Source: Chiloscyllium plagiosum (Eukaryota). Taken from it: 64,000 nt of DNA. A program made the translations under genes and the position numbers. The notes beneath the pieces are model-generated. The model worked only from the letters and a program-made list of their open reading frames with translations. It ran no database searches and had not been told where the DNA came from. The DNA is taken from positions 1,828,418 through 1,892,417 of the forward strand of contig NC_057720.1 in the NCBI RefSeq assembly GCF_004010195.1, read 5' to 3'. Positions 13,928-26,800 of this stretch are shown one piece after another (the stretch's first letter is position 1; every line of letters begins with the position of its first letter).

Positions 13928-16460
13928 CTATAATAGAAAGGACAACACAAGGAAGGGGTTAACAGGACGTCAAATAAGCACTCAGTCATATCGAGCTGGA
14001 GTGTTACTCAAAAAAAGACACATTTTGTTGAAGTTTCTCATCTTGCACTAATCAGGACACTTCACAAGAATACCAGCTCATGGTGATTTTAGACTGCATG
14101 AAAGAAGACTGCTGATTGGTTGGCAAGTGGATTCTGGTAGGGACATTGCCATTACAAATGCTTCAGCTTCAATAAACTGTGTCTCTTTTGGCAATAGTCA
14201 AGATGGATAATACTTCGTGAAATGGTCATCAGAATGCAGCAAGATCCTGGTACAGACAGAGACAAGAAAGGTCACCTCATTCATCAGTCCAAAAGAGCGC
14301 AACATATTACATGGCATTGTCAAGTCATCTAAAATCACAAAAAACACTCCACAAGAGGTACTGTCCTTCAAAGGATTTGCTTGGGTGAAGGGGTTTACAC
14401 ACAGTTCTGTTCTCCAAAGAGGTAAAAATATTTCAGGACAATGATGAAGACATCAGAAAAATGGTCAGAGTAAAGCAGCACTGAGAAGGTTATGACACTG
14501 AACAGCCCAGAGCTCTCTCCCGCTGAACAGCGGCAATTGTGAGGAAGCTGACACCAGTTTTGCAAATGTAAAAGTGGTTAAAAAGGGTAAAAATAGCCAA
14601 GATGTCTCCAGTTGTGGGGAAGACTACAATGAAGGCATATAAATGGAAGGTGGTCCTGAATAAATCCAACAGTGAGATCAAGAGAAACTGCTTTACCCAG
14701 AATGTGGGACACTCACCCCCAGGGAGGGGGCGAGGGGAAATGTGGGAGTCACTCCCACAGGGAGGGGGTGAGGGGGAATATTGTGGACACATTGAGGGGG
14801 AAGCTGGATAAACACACGAGGGCGAAAGGAATCAAAGGGTCTGCTGACAGGGGGAGGTGACGAGGGAAGAAACTTTCTCCATTCAACATAAAACACGTCA
14901 CAGTAGCTGTGACAATGTGAAAGATTTAAGAGCAATCATTCTCTCCATAAAAAGACACAAAGCATTAATAGATCATTAATGTTGGCATTACTGTCGATAA
15001 ATAATCTACTATTTACCCCTTTGCAGCTTATCAACCTCTTCCAGGTTACACAGACAGAAGGGTGTGATTTTCAACTTTATTCAACAGAGTGCCACACAAA
15101 TTGGAAGAATTTATGAGGAGAATCACCTTTAAATCTCACCTTGGGACTACTCACTGGGTGGTACATTGATGTTAAAGCTGGCGTTGAACAAACTGCAACT
15201 GGGTTAAGGAACATCATTAACAAGCATCTCGTCAAAGAATTCAAATTTGAATTAGAATTAGGTTTTAGTGTTATGTGTACTCAAGTACAGGAGTACAGTG
15301 GAAAGTGTACAAAGCCACCATTTCTGGCACCATCTTAGGTACAAAAGTACCCAGGTACAAAACCTTAGGGACAAAATAGAACAATAATGAAATGAGCATG
15401 TGACTTTGGTGTAAACATTAAGGAGCATCAAACAGAACTTAGCTGCAGCGAGCTGAAGGCCGAGATATTTAAAATAAATAAAGCTATCAAGAGCAGACAA
15501 AGGGAGCATCAGTGGAAGGAGGTTGTGAAGTTGGAGTATTAGAAAGATTAATGTGAGGTGCTGTATTCTGAAAAGAAACTGAATCCCGCTGTGGGGTTGG
15601 CACTCGCTCCTGTTGGCTGAGAGAGCTGCTTTACCCAACAACTTACCAATCACTCAACCCACCAGGATCAAGTCGCCCCATCCCCAGTGCCTGCTGTTCA
15701 CCACAAACCGTTAACAAGGGGATCACTGGTCCCGAAACGATAACTCTGATCTCACTCCAGGGTGGAGAGGTCGGTCACTAGGGGGCACAGAATCAACGTG
15801 CTTTTGGGGGGTGGGGGGGGGGGGGGGGGGGGTGGTATTTACAAGTGACATGCTGGGGTGGTGAGCGCCTGGAACACACTGCCAGAGGTGATGGTGGAAG
15901 CAGACACAATAGCAGCTTTCAAGAAACACCCAGCCAATTACAGGAATAGGAAGGGAATAGAGGGATACAGATCCTGTCAATGAAGACAATTTTAATATGG
16001 AAGGGCAAAATGTGTCAGCACAGGCTTGGAGGGCCGAAGGGCCTGTTCCAATGTTGTAATGTTCTTTGTTCTTGTTCTTAGTGCTTTGGGTTTTTTACCT
16101 TGAGGTGAAGGGAAAGCAGTGAATGCAATACATCTGAATTTCCAAAAGGTATCCAGTGCCACATGGCAGTTGGTTAGAAATGATTGAGGCTGATGGGATT
16201 TTGGCAGAATGGAGTATAAATAGCACACAGAGGATCAGTACAGATGAGAATTTCTCAGGGACTGGTCAAACTGGTTCAAGGTGATTTAATCGATAAGCTG
16301 AATGAGGATGTGAGGGAGAAAGGAATGGAAGGATGGAATGTCAGGGTGACTCAAAGAGGGAGTGGCAGGATAAACACAAACCAGATGGGTCAAAGTCCTG
16401 TTCCAGTTCTGGAGATGCCAAATTAATTCTACCTCCTTTAGTCCACACGATGGGACCCAC

Positions 16461-16589
16461 CTTTCGAGGGGTGTTGTAGCCAGGTTGACAAAACTGACGG
16501 TAATATTCCCAGGCGGTTTTGTTCCATCTATAATTATATTTCACATCGATATATCGGGAAAACTGACTCGGACACTTCTCAACGCAAAG
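16461..16589 (-). CDS. SLC44A5: SLC44A5-like exon (129 bp)
   Basis: tttatatccag|CTT TGC GTT...CGA AAG|gtgggt gives LCVEKCPSQFSRYIDVKYNYRWNKTAWEYYRQFCQPGYNTPRK. Confidence 0.95.
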
Positions 16590-16841
16590 CTGGATATAAA
16601 AAGACAAATGTATAAATTACAACTTTTAAAATCTTCAATTCCAAACCACTCACAGGAACAAATTACAGATGACCAAAGATGACGGGAAAGGAAATTACAG
16701 GAAACAGGCACGCTCCCAAACTTTGTTGCCAGCACTCAGAATGTTCACTTCCGAGCATCCTGGACACAAGGGTCAACTGTGTGCAACAGGGAATAAGGTC
16801 ATAACTCTCCACTACAAATTCAGCACAGAATGTCCTCCAGG

Positions 16842-18750
16842 ACTGAGGGAGCGCCATACAGTCCAAGGGTCCATACTGAGGGAGTGCCGCACTGTCAGAG
16901 GGTCAGTGCTGAGGGAGTGCTGCACTGTCAGAGGGTCAGTACTGAGGGAGTGCCGCACTGTCAGAGGGTCAGTGCTAAGGGAGCACTGCACTGTCAGAGG
17001 GTCAGTACTGAGGGAGTGCTGCACTGTCGGAGGGTCAATGCTGAGGGAGCGCTGCACTGTCAGAGGGTCATTGCTGAGGGAGTGCTGCACTGTCGAAGGT
17101 TCAATGCTGAAGGAGTGCTGCACTGTCGGAGGGTCAGTGCTGAGGGAGTGCCGCACTGGCAGAGGGTGAGTGCTGAGGGAGTGCTGCACTGTCAGAGGGT
17201 CAGTGCTGAGGGAGTGCTGCACTGTCGGAGGGTCAATGCTGAGGGAGTGTCGCACTGTCGGAGGGTCAGTGCTGAGGGAGTGCCTCACTGTTGGACGATC
17301 AATGCTGAGAGAGTGCCGCACTGTCGGAGGGTCAGTGCGGAGGGAGTGCCGCATTGTCGGAGGGTCAGTGCTGAGGGAGTGCCGCACTGCGGAGGGTCAG
17401 TGCTGAGGGAGGGCCTCACTGTTAGAGGGTCAGTGCTGAGGGAGTGCTGCACTGTCAGAGGGTCAGTGCTGAGGCAGTGCCGCACAGTCAGAGGATCAGT
17501 GCTGAGGGAGTGCTGCACTGTCAGAGGGTCAGTGCTGAGGGGGTGCTGCACTATCAGAGGGTCAGTGCTGAGGCAGTGCCGCACAGTCAGAGGGTCAGTG
17601 CTGAGGGAATGCCGCACTGTCAGAGGGTCAGTACTGAGGACGTGCCCCACTGTCAGAGGGTCATTGCTGAGGGAGTGCCACACAGAGGATCAGTGCTGAG
17701 GGAGTGCCGCACTGTCAGAGGATAAGTGCTGAGGCAGTGCCGCACTGTTGGAGGGTCAGTACTGAGGGTGTGCTGCACTGTCCAAGGGTCAGTGCTGAGG
17801 CAGTGCCGCACAGTCATAGGGTCAGTGCTGAGGGTGTACCGCACTGTCAGATGGTCAGTGCTGAGGGAGTGCCGCACTGTCAGAGGGTCAGTACTGAGGA
17901 CGTGCCCTACTATCAGAGGGTCATTGCTGAGGGAGTGCCGCACAGAGGTCAGTACTGAGGGAGTGCCGCACTGTCAGAGGGTCAGTACTGAGGGAGTGCT
18001 GCAATGGGAGGGTCAGTGCTGAGGGAGTGTCGCACTGTCGGAGGGTCAGCGCTGAGGGAGTGCCACACTGTCAGAGGGTCAGTGCTGAAGGAGTGCCGCA
18101 CTGTCAGAGTGTTAGTGCCGAGGGAGTGTCGCACTGTCAGAGGGTCAGTACTGAGGGAGTGCCACAATGTCAGAGGGTCAGTTCTGAGGGAGTGCCGCAA
18201 TGGGAGGGTCAGTGCTGAGGGAGTGTCGCACTATCGGGAGGGTCAGTGCTGAGGGAGTGGCACACTGTCAGAGGGTCAGTACTGAGGGAGTGCTGCACTA
18301 TCGGAGGGTAGAACTGAGGGGGTGCTGCACTGTCAGAGGGTCAGTACTGAGGGAGTGCCGCACTGTCAGAGGGTCAGAACTCAGGGAGTGCTGCACTGCC
18401 AGAGGGTCAGTGCTAAGGGAGCACTGGACTGTCAGAGGATCAGTACTGAGGGAGTGCCACAGTGTCAGAGGGTCAGTGCTGAGAGAGTGCCGCAATGGGG
18501 GGGTCAGTGCTGAGGGAGTGTCGCACTGTCGGAGGGTCAGCGCTGAGGGAGTGCCGCACTGTCGGAGCGTCAATGCTGAGGGAGTGCCACACTGTCAGAG
18601 GGTCAGTGCTGAAAGAGTGCCGCACTGTCAGAGGGTCAGTGCTGAGGGAGAGCCGCACTGTCGGAGGGTCAGTACTGAGGGTGTGCCACACAGTCAGAGG
18701 GTCCGTGCTGACAGAGTGCCACACTGTTGGAGGGTCATTACTGAGTTGCA
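16842..18750 (+). repeat. 33-bp minisatellite array 1, unit GGGTCAGTGCTGAGGGAGTGCCGCACTGTCAGA
   Basis: Tandem units are directly visible and give 11-aa periodic ORFs. Confidence 0.97.
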
Positions 18751-18772
18751 CTGCTAGACCCTTGAGTCCTAC

Positions 18773-18857
18773 CTGTTTTGTTGGGCATTGCAGGTTGATG
18801 AGAACCGCAGGGCTTGCACACTTCAGGATGTTGAAGTAGAATAAAATGGTCTTGTTC
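18773..18857 (-). CDS. SLC44A5: SLC44A5-like exon (85 bp)
   Basis: tctttcag|G AAC AAG ACC...AAA CAG|gtagga gives (E)[28 protein letters not shown]. As I recall the paralogs, NKTILFYFN favours SLC44A5 over SLC44A2/A4. Confidence 0.95.
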
Positions 18858-19416
18858 CTGAAAGAGATTGGGGCAAATATCAGGGACACCTTTCCAATTG
18901 ATGATTGTATAATGGAAGGAAAAGGGTCTGTCAGTGCATTACCAATACCATTAACACTTCAAACCTGGCACATGTAACAAAATCTCATTTGAGCCTGGTC
19001 ACTAAAGAACCTTGATTTGAATTTCAAATGAGTCAGTTTGCCTCGGGACTAACCTATCTGCTGCCCACAGACTTAGAAAGCAATCTTAATATTTTATTGT
19101 TCGTGTTCAATTCCTTCCATCAATCCACCAGCATCCCGTCTACCGCCTCCACCTCTTCCACTCTTCCTCCATTCCCTCCAGCTCACCACTCCACCGCAGC
19201 AACACTTCCAGTTTCTGGAATCTCCTGACACCAGCATTCCTTCCTGATCACTTCATCAACCCTCTCCTCTCTGACATCTCCAGTTTTACTCACTGCACCA
19301 TCAGTGGCCATGCATTCGGCTGTCTGAGCCCTCGGCTACTGCTGAAGGGCCCTCAGCCTCTTCAACTCCCACTGTATCTCTCTCTCTGTCATTCTCTTTC
19401 TCGTCTCTCTGACTAT

Positions 19417-19750
19417 GGGTGGCACGGTGGCTCACAGTGCCAGGCCCCTGGGTTTGATTCCATCCTCAAGTGACTATCTGTGTGGAGTTTGCACATTCTC
19501 CCCGTGTCTGCTTGGGCTTTCTCCTGGTGCTCCAGTTTACTCCCACAATGCAAAGATGTGCAGGTTAGGGTGAATTGGCCATATTAAATTGCCCATAATG
19601 TTCAGGGATGTGGAGGTAAAGGGTAGTGGTCAGGGGTAAATTTGGAGTAATAGGGTAGGGGAATGGGTTTGGGTGGGATACTCTTTGGAGGGTTGGTGTG
19701 GAATTGCTGGGCCGAAGGGTCTGTTTCCACATTGTAAGGATTCTAATTCT
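19417..19750 (+). mobile_element. HE1-type SINE
   Basis: GGCACGGTGGCTCA head and GTGTGGAGTTTGCACATTCTCCCCGTGTCTGC body. Confidence 0.88.
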
Positions 19751-20770
19751 CTCAGTCCCCCTGTCTTTCCTCTTGTTCTCTCATTGCTTTCTTTTGTCTC
19801 GCTCTTTATCTTTCAGTCTATCTCTCCCCCTCTTTCTTCACTCCATCTCTCTGCTCTCGCTGTCTCTGTTGTTCTCTTTTCTTCTCACTCTCTCCTTCCT
19901 CTTGCTCTAACTGTTTCCTCTTGATTTCCACCTGAAATCGCTCTTGAAAATGGAATTCTTTGGTTGAGCTTTTCAAAGCCAACCCAGGAAATCTTGGGAG
20001 TTTACAGGAATCTGATAATGAAAGACTGGGGAATGAAACAGTAGGAACATTGCAGGGGGCGGTTGGCTGGATTTATAATGGATGGATGATCCCGATGAAG
20101 GTGATTGAATTTCCCGAAGAGATGACTCCAGTGCTGGCGATAGTGATGGATGATCTGCAGATAAAAACTTTCTCAAGAGACAGTGTACAAAGCCTGGAGC
20201 TCAGGGAACGGAAGGTAAATTAGTGGCATGAATCAGGGCATGTTCCCAAAATGTCAGCATGTGAGTGATATCACAGGGATCCATGATTTGTAAATGATGT
20301 GGACGATAAAAAGCACAGATACATCACAAATTTGCCGATGACACAGGGACAGATGACACAGTGAGCACTGAGCACGCTCAGATACATTCCGTCATAGCTC
20401 CGGGGCAGACGGGAATAGAACCCAGCCCATAGAGAGGGAGAACCGCCCCCACATCATCAGACCCTGGAGCCAGGACAGGAGTCAGCATCAAATCACAGGA
20501 CAGTACGGGAGCAAATAGGTTTCAAATGTGACCTCGACCACTGAGAACCGAATTCAGCTCTGTCAGTGGGGCTTTGTAAACGGTGACAAATGAGACACAG
20601 TCATGATGAAACAGACTTTGCTGAGAGTTCCAGGTGTACAGATCACAGAAATATCATCAATAGGCACAGGAAATGACCCAAGAGGATGAAGGGATCTGCG
20701 CTTGACACCTCGACAGGAAGGTGACACAGGCCACGCCTGCAGCAGAAGCTGACAGACTGCGTGGCAGGAA

Positions 20771-20955
20771 ACCCAGGGACTGCAGATGCTGGACATCAGA
20801 GTTTAGATCAGAGTGGTGCTGGGAAAGCACAGCAGGTCAGGGCAAGAGCCCTTCATCGGTCATTCCTGATGAAGGGCTTTTGCCAGAAACGTCGATTTTC
20901 CTGCTCCTCGGATGCTGCCTGACCTGCTGTGCTTTTCCAGCACCACTCTAATCTA
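20771..20955. mobile_element. Palindromic PLE-derived insert
   Basis: Inverted arms centred near 20860, with GGCAGGAA at both flanks (20763-20770 and 20956-20963). Confidence 0.7.
20866..20893 (+). ncRNA. Hammerhead motif, slightly degenerate
   Basis: CTGATGA-A-GGGC TTTT GCCA-GAAA-CGTC, with one stem II mismatch. Confidence 0.55.
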
Positions 20956-21195
20956 GGCAGGAACAGCAAAGTAACAGAATTCACCAGAGGCCCAGCCCTG
21001 ATCCCCTCCTATTGACCTGGGTTGCGGGAGTAAATGCTGCCCCTGTCGGCTACACCCACATCCCATGGTAGAATAAGAACAATGTTATTCCAGCAGTACG
21101 GCACAGCACTCCACGTTATACACTGGACACCCGACAACAAGAGAAAAGGTTCGCAATGTCGCAGAAGTCAGCACTTTGTTGGATCATCCCATCAC

Positions 21196-22250
21196 AGCAC
21201 TGAACTTCCCACAGTGCAAACTTCCCTCAGCACTAACCCTCTCACAGTGCGGCACTCCCTCAGCACTGACCCTCTGACAATGCCGCACTCCCTCAGCACT
21301 GACCCTCTGACAATGCGGCACTACCTCAGTACTGACCCTCTGACAGTACAGCACTCCCTCAGTACTGACCCTCTGACAGTGCGGCACTCCCTCAGCACTG
21401 ACCCTCTGACAGTGCGGCACTCCCTCAGTACTGACCCTCCAGCAGTGCGGTGCTCCCTCAGCACTAACCCTCTGACAGTGCGGCACTCCCTCAGTACTGA
21501 CCTTCCAGCAGTGTGGCACTCCCTCAGCACTGACTCTCTGACAGTGTGGCACTCCCTCAGCACTGACCCTCAGTGTGGCACTCCCTCAGTACTCACCCTC
21601 TGACATTGCAGCACTCCCTCAGTACTGACCCTCTGACAGTGCGGCACTCCCTCAGCACTGACCCTCTGACAGTGCGGTACTCCATCAATACTCACTCTCT
21701 GGCAGTGCGGCACTCCCTCAGCACTGACCATCCAACAGTGCGGTACTCCTTCAGTACTGATCCTCCGACAATGCGGCACTCCCTCAGCACTGACCCTCCA
21801 ACAGTGTGGCACTCCCTTGGTAGTGACCCTCTGACAATGCGGCACTACCTCAGTACTGACCCTCTGACAGTGCGGCACTCCCTCAGCACTGACCCTCTGA
21901 CAGTGCGGCACTCCCTCAGTACTGACCTTCTGACAGTGCGGCACTACCTCAGTACTGACCCTCTGACAGTGCGGCACTCCCTTGGTAGTGACCCTCTGAC
22001 ATTGCAGCACTCCCTCAGTACTGACCCTCTGACAGTGCGGCACTCCCTCAGCACTGACCCTCTGACAGTGCGGCACTCCCTCAGCACTGACCATCCAACA
22101 GTGCGGTACTCCTTCAGTACTGACCCTCCGACAATGCGGCACTCCCTCAGCACTGACCCTCCAACAGTGCGGCACTCCCTTGGTAGTGACCCTCTGACAG
22201 TGCAGCACTTCCTCAGTCGTGACACCCTGACAATGTTACACTCTCTCACC
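21196..22250 (-). repeat. 33-bp minisatellite array 2, inverted relative to array 1
   Basis: Unit CACTCCCTCAGCACTGACCCTCTGACAGTGCGG. Confidence 0.97.
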
Positions 22251-25168
22251 TTCAGTGATCTGTGCAGATACGCTTGGAGGTCTCTCCCTGCTGCTAGCCC
22301 TCCTGGTATACTCTCAATAATTATCTAGTCCCTTGATTGCCTTGCCCTTGGTGAATGCATTGCCTCACTCTTTTCCAGATTGAATGCCATTGTCATGTTT
22401 CCACCCACACTGCGCTTGGGAGTCTCACTGGAAACACCTTTACATCCTCTGAAACTTGCATTGACTAGAATCCTTCATTTCTTGTCACTGAGCCAATTTT
22501 GGATCCGACATGTCACGTTCCCCTGTTTCCTTTGGACTTCAAGCTCTCGGACCAGATGTGTCAGGGACCTTGTCAAATTCCGTATTAAAATGTGTGGAGT
22601 CAACACCTACTGCACTACCTTCATCAATCCTTGTTCCTTTCTCAAAACATTTAATTAAGTTAGTAAGACATGACCTTCCTTTAACAGCAGCCTACTAACG
22701 ACCCCTGACTAACCTGTCCATAGTTTATCCTCTCTCTTGTTATTGATTGCAGTCATTTACCCATCACCAAGGCCAGACTGATCAGCCCATCATTATTTGG
22801 TCTATCCCTTGCAGTCTTATTGCTTGTCATCCTCCAGTCATCCGGTCCTTCACCTGAATCAAGTAGGAACTGAAAAATGACCCTGACAATATCTGCGATT
22901 CACTTCCAGAATAGACTCTGATGTGACTGATCCAGCCGCGGTGATTTATCCACCTTCAAGGAGGTCAGGCCCTCCAGCAGTTCTCTTCACATTATGTTTA
23001 TTTTATCAAATATTTCATTCTCCTCTTCTTTCATGAGAATGTCTCCAACATCCCTCTCCTAAATTCCTCATTTCACAACATGCCCACAACTTTTGCGTCT
23101 GACACACACGTTATTCTGTTCAAATCAGAGAGGCCCAACTCTTCCCTTAGTCACCCTCAAATGCACTGATGAAACATCTTACATTTTCCTTCATTTTACC
23201 AGCCTTCTGTTTTATTTGTCTGATTTCCTCATTTCCTTCCTGACGTCAGCCCTCCGTGTTCAATACTCCTCTGTCAGACTTTGTTTGAGATTGCCATCAG
23301 CTCTGTTTTCCTAACTGGTCATATACAGTTAGCTTCTGGATAGCAGAGGGGCAGGGGGTGGGTGGGGTGTGGAGGAGGAGGAGGAGTGGTGGGGGTGAGT
23401 GGGGAGCTGGGGCGTTTGGAGGGGGGGGCGTGTTCTGGATTTGGCAGTGCCAACCTTTCTCTCTATAAAAAGAATAAACCGTGCTGCGTTGTTCCACATC
23501 CCTCGAGTTCCTGCCTTACATTGGTCAATTTCCATTAATATTATTTTTAATTATTCATTCACAGGCCAGGCTCACATTTATTGCCCATCCCTAACAGCCC
23601 AAAGGACAGCTAAGAGTCAACCACATTGCTGTGGGTGTGGAGTCACATGTAGGCCAGACCAGGTAAGGACAGCAGATTCTTTCCCTAAAGGGCATTAGTA
23701 ACCCAGACGGGATTTTCTAATAATCAATGGTAGCTTCATGGTTGATCATCAGACTCTTCATTCCAGATGTTTGTTTAACTGAATTCAAATTCCACCATCT
23801 GTCATGGTAGCATTCGAATCCAAGTCTCTGGAACATTACCTGGGCCTCTGGATTAACACTCGAGTGAAAATACCTCAAGGTTATCTCCAGTGACCCTTTA
23901 TGGACCCTTGCTCAGCACAGACCTGAAACGTTCACTCTGATTTCTCTCCACAGATGCTGCCAGACCTGCTGAGCTTTTCCAGCAATTTCTGGTTTTGTTT
24001 CTGAATTCCAGCATCTGCAGCTTTTTTGGGGGTTTGTCGTCTTGTTTCCTGAGGGAATGATCCCAGATTTTCTCTGCTCCCCATGTCAGTGTTTCCTGCA
24101 TCAGCCCCAAAATCATCCAACTTATTCTGGAAAGTTCTGTCCCTTGGACCCATAGAATTATTGAACCATAGATACAGTACAGAAGAGGTTCTTCAGTCGA
24201 TCGAGTCTCTACCATCAAAATGACACCGCTACATGCACTAGTCCCACACACCCATGCTGGATCCATAGCCTTGGATTTTATGACATATCAAGTGCTGATC
24301 CAAGTACTTTTTAAAGTTTCAGGTTACCCACCTCAACTCCCCTCCCAGACAGTGCATTCCAGACCCCGACCATCCTCTGAGTGAAGAAACCTTTCCTCAA
24401 ATCCCCTCTAAAGCCCCTGCCTTCTATTCATAAAAGGATATCCTGTCATAGCACTCTCTCCCACAAAGGGACATAGATGCCCTTTATTGACTGTATAAAA
24501 TGACTTTTAACTACTAAGCATTTTGCAAGTAGTAGAAATCGTAGCAATATAGAAACTAGGGGCAGGAAGAGGCCATTTGGCCCATCAAACCTGCTCCCCC
24601 ATTTCCATACAATCCTGGCTGATCCTCTGATTCCCCTATCTAGCCCTGTGAGCCCGCTCTGTCATTCAACATGATCACGGCTGATCATCCAAATTCTCCC
24701 CATACCCTATGATCTCATTAGCCCAAAGAAACATGTCTAATCCTTTCTTGAAAGCATTCAGTGTTTTCGCCTCAGCTGCCCTCTACAGCTGTGAATTCTA
24801 CAGGCTCCCTACTGGTTCTGGATTCCCCAGGTCACTGGGAATATTTATGGGGAGGCAGGCCTAGTGTGTACTCTCTGTTCTCCAGGTTGGAATCTTGCAG
24901 TGCTGGATTCCTTGTGCTGTTGTCCCCCTGAAGACAGTACATCACAAACGGAGCTGGGAAGTGGGTCCAACAAACAGATGCAGATGGAATCTGACAGGAA
25001 TTTTATATGACTGTCGCATCACGCCTGTCTGCCAATGTCCTTCTGACCTGGGTCGACATCCTTTCGTTACTTGGCCATCATATTATCGACTTGAATGAAA
25101 TCTCTCTGCCCCTCCACCATTCCCACCAACAATTCCCAAATTGCCCAGTGATGGAATTAGTTACTCAC

Positions 25169-25253
25169 TCATTGACAGTCCCCTTCTGTCCACAGAATTG
25201 GCCACGGCTATCTGTCGGATACACCACTTTCCTCGGATCTCCATGGACCCAAG
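25169..25253 (-). CDS. SLC44A5: SLC44A5-like exon (85 bp)
   Basis: ttttcag|CT TGG GTC CAT GGA GAT CCG...AAT GA|gtgagt gives (A)[27 protein letters not shown](E). It is absent from the ORF track and was found by reading the reverse strand. Confidence 0.95.
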
Positions 25254-25649
25254 CTGAAAACAAAAGAAGTGGAAATGCTTCATTGATATGTCTGCCATTC
25301 CCCTCCATCCCACATGAAGCTAACTGACGACAAAGCCTTCAGAGTGTGTCCCTTCTTCAGCCCAGTGACATTAATCACAACTAGCACAAGGCCACATAGT
25401 GACCATAGCATCCACCTTCACAACTAAGAAAGGAACAAGGAAGTCTTCAACTCCCTTCCAGCCAGAAAATGGCACTGCCCGAATCTGGTTTCCTCTCCTG
25501 CAGCACCGTAATTTCCAAGTGTTATAGTTTGCTCAGGGAGTCCATCTTGCTGCGGCAACATACACCTTTACAAGCACGTGACCACCCAGAGCTAGGGGCA
25601 GTGATGGTGGAGGCACCAATGCCCATTATATCTCATGGTTGACCAGAAA

Positions 25650-26800
25650 TGGCTTTGTGCATAGGAACTAATGTCTCTCAAACTTGACTGAGTTTTTTGA
25701 AGAAGTAACAAAGAGGATTGATGAAGGCAGAGTGGTAGATGTAATCTATATGGACTTCAGTAAGGCGTTTGACAAGGTTCCCCATGGGAGACTGAATAGC
25801 AAGGTCAGATCTCATGGAATAAAGGGAGAACTAGCCATTTGGATACAGAACTGGCTCAAAGGTAGAAGATAGAGGGTGGTGGTGGAGGGTTGTTTTTCAG
25901 ACTGGAGGCCTGTGACCAGTGGAGTGCCACAAGGATTGGTGCTGGGTCCTCTACTTTTTGTCATTTACGTAAATGATTTGGATGCGGGCATAAAAGGTAC
26001 AGTTAGTAAGTTTGCTGATGACACCAAAATTGGAGGTGTAGTGGACAGCGAAGAGGGTGACCTCAGAATATAACAGGATCTTGACCAGATGGGCCAATGG
26101 GCTGAGAAGTGGCAGATGGAGTTTAATTCAGATAAATGCGAGGTGCTGCATTTTGGGAAAGCAAATCTTAGCAGGACTTATACACTTAATGGTAAGGTCC
26201 TAGGGAGTGTTGCTGAATAAAGAGACCTTGGAGTACAGGTTCTTAGCTCCTTGAAAATGAAGTCGCAGGTAGATAGGGTAGCGAAGGAGGCGTTTGGTAG
26301 GTTTTCCTTTATTGGTCAGAGTATTGAGTACAGCAGTTGGGAGGTCATGTTGCAGCTGTACAGGACATTGGTTAGGCCACTGTTGGAATATTGCATGCAA
26401 TTCTGGTCTCCTTCCTATTGGAAAGATATTGTGAAACTTGAAAGGGTTCAGAAAAGATTTACAAGGATGTTGCCAGGGTTTGGGGATTTGAGCTATAGGG
26501 AGAGGCTAAACAGGCTGGGGCTGTTTTCCCTGGAGCGTCGGAGGCTGAGGGGTGACCTTATAGAGGTTTACAAAATTATGAGGGGCATGGATAGGGTAAA
26601 TAGGCAAAGTCTTTTCCCTGGGGTCAGGGAGTCCAAAACTAGAGGGCATAGGTTTAGGGTGAGAGGGGAAAGATATAAAAGAGATCTAAGAGGCAACCTT
26701 TTCACACAAAGGGTGGTACGGGTATGGAATAACCTGCCAGTGGAAGTGGTAGAGGCTGGTACAATTGAAACATTTAAGACTCTCTGACTCTATGACTCTA
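25650..26800 (+). mobile_element. CR1 LINE, 5'-truncated ORF2 (RT) with stop codons
   Basis: Motifs DFSKAFDKVPH, GVPQGxVLGP, FADDTK and [18 protein letters not shown]. Ends in a (TGACTCTA)n tail. Confidence 0.95.

Noticed and set aside
15845..16085. Segmental duplication with 27500-27720
   Set aside because: Both are CR1-type 3' tails of the same family with unrelated flanks.
16842..18750. CRISPR-like array of palindromic repeats of about 33 bp
   Set aside because: The units are contiguous with no unique spacers, there are no cas genes, and the context is a vertebrate intron.
16669..18839. Long Cys/Arg-rich ORFs ([22 protein letters not shown]), also at 21-22 kb, 44-45 kb and 54-55 kb
   Set aside because: They are artefacts of a 33-bp unit divisible by 3. 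Several frames on both strands are open, indels break them, and they are intronic.
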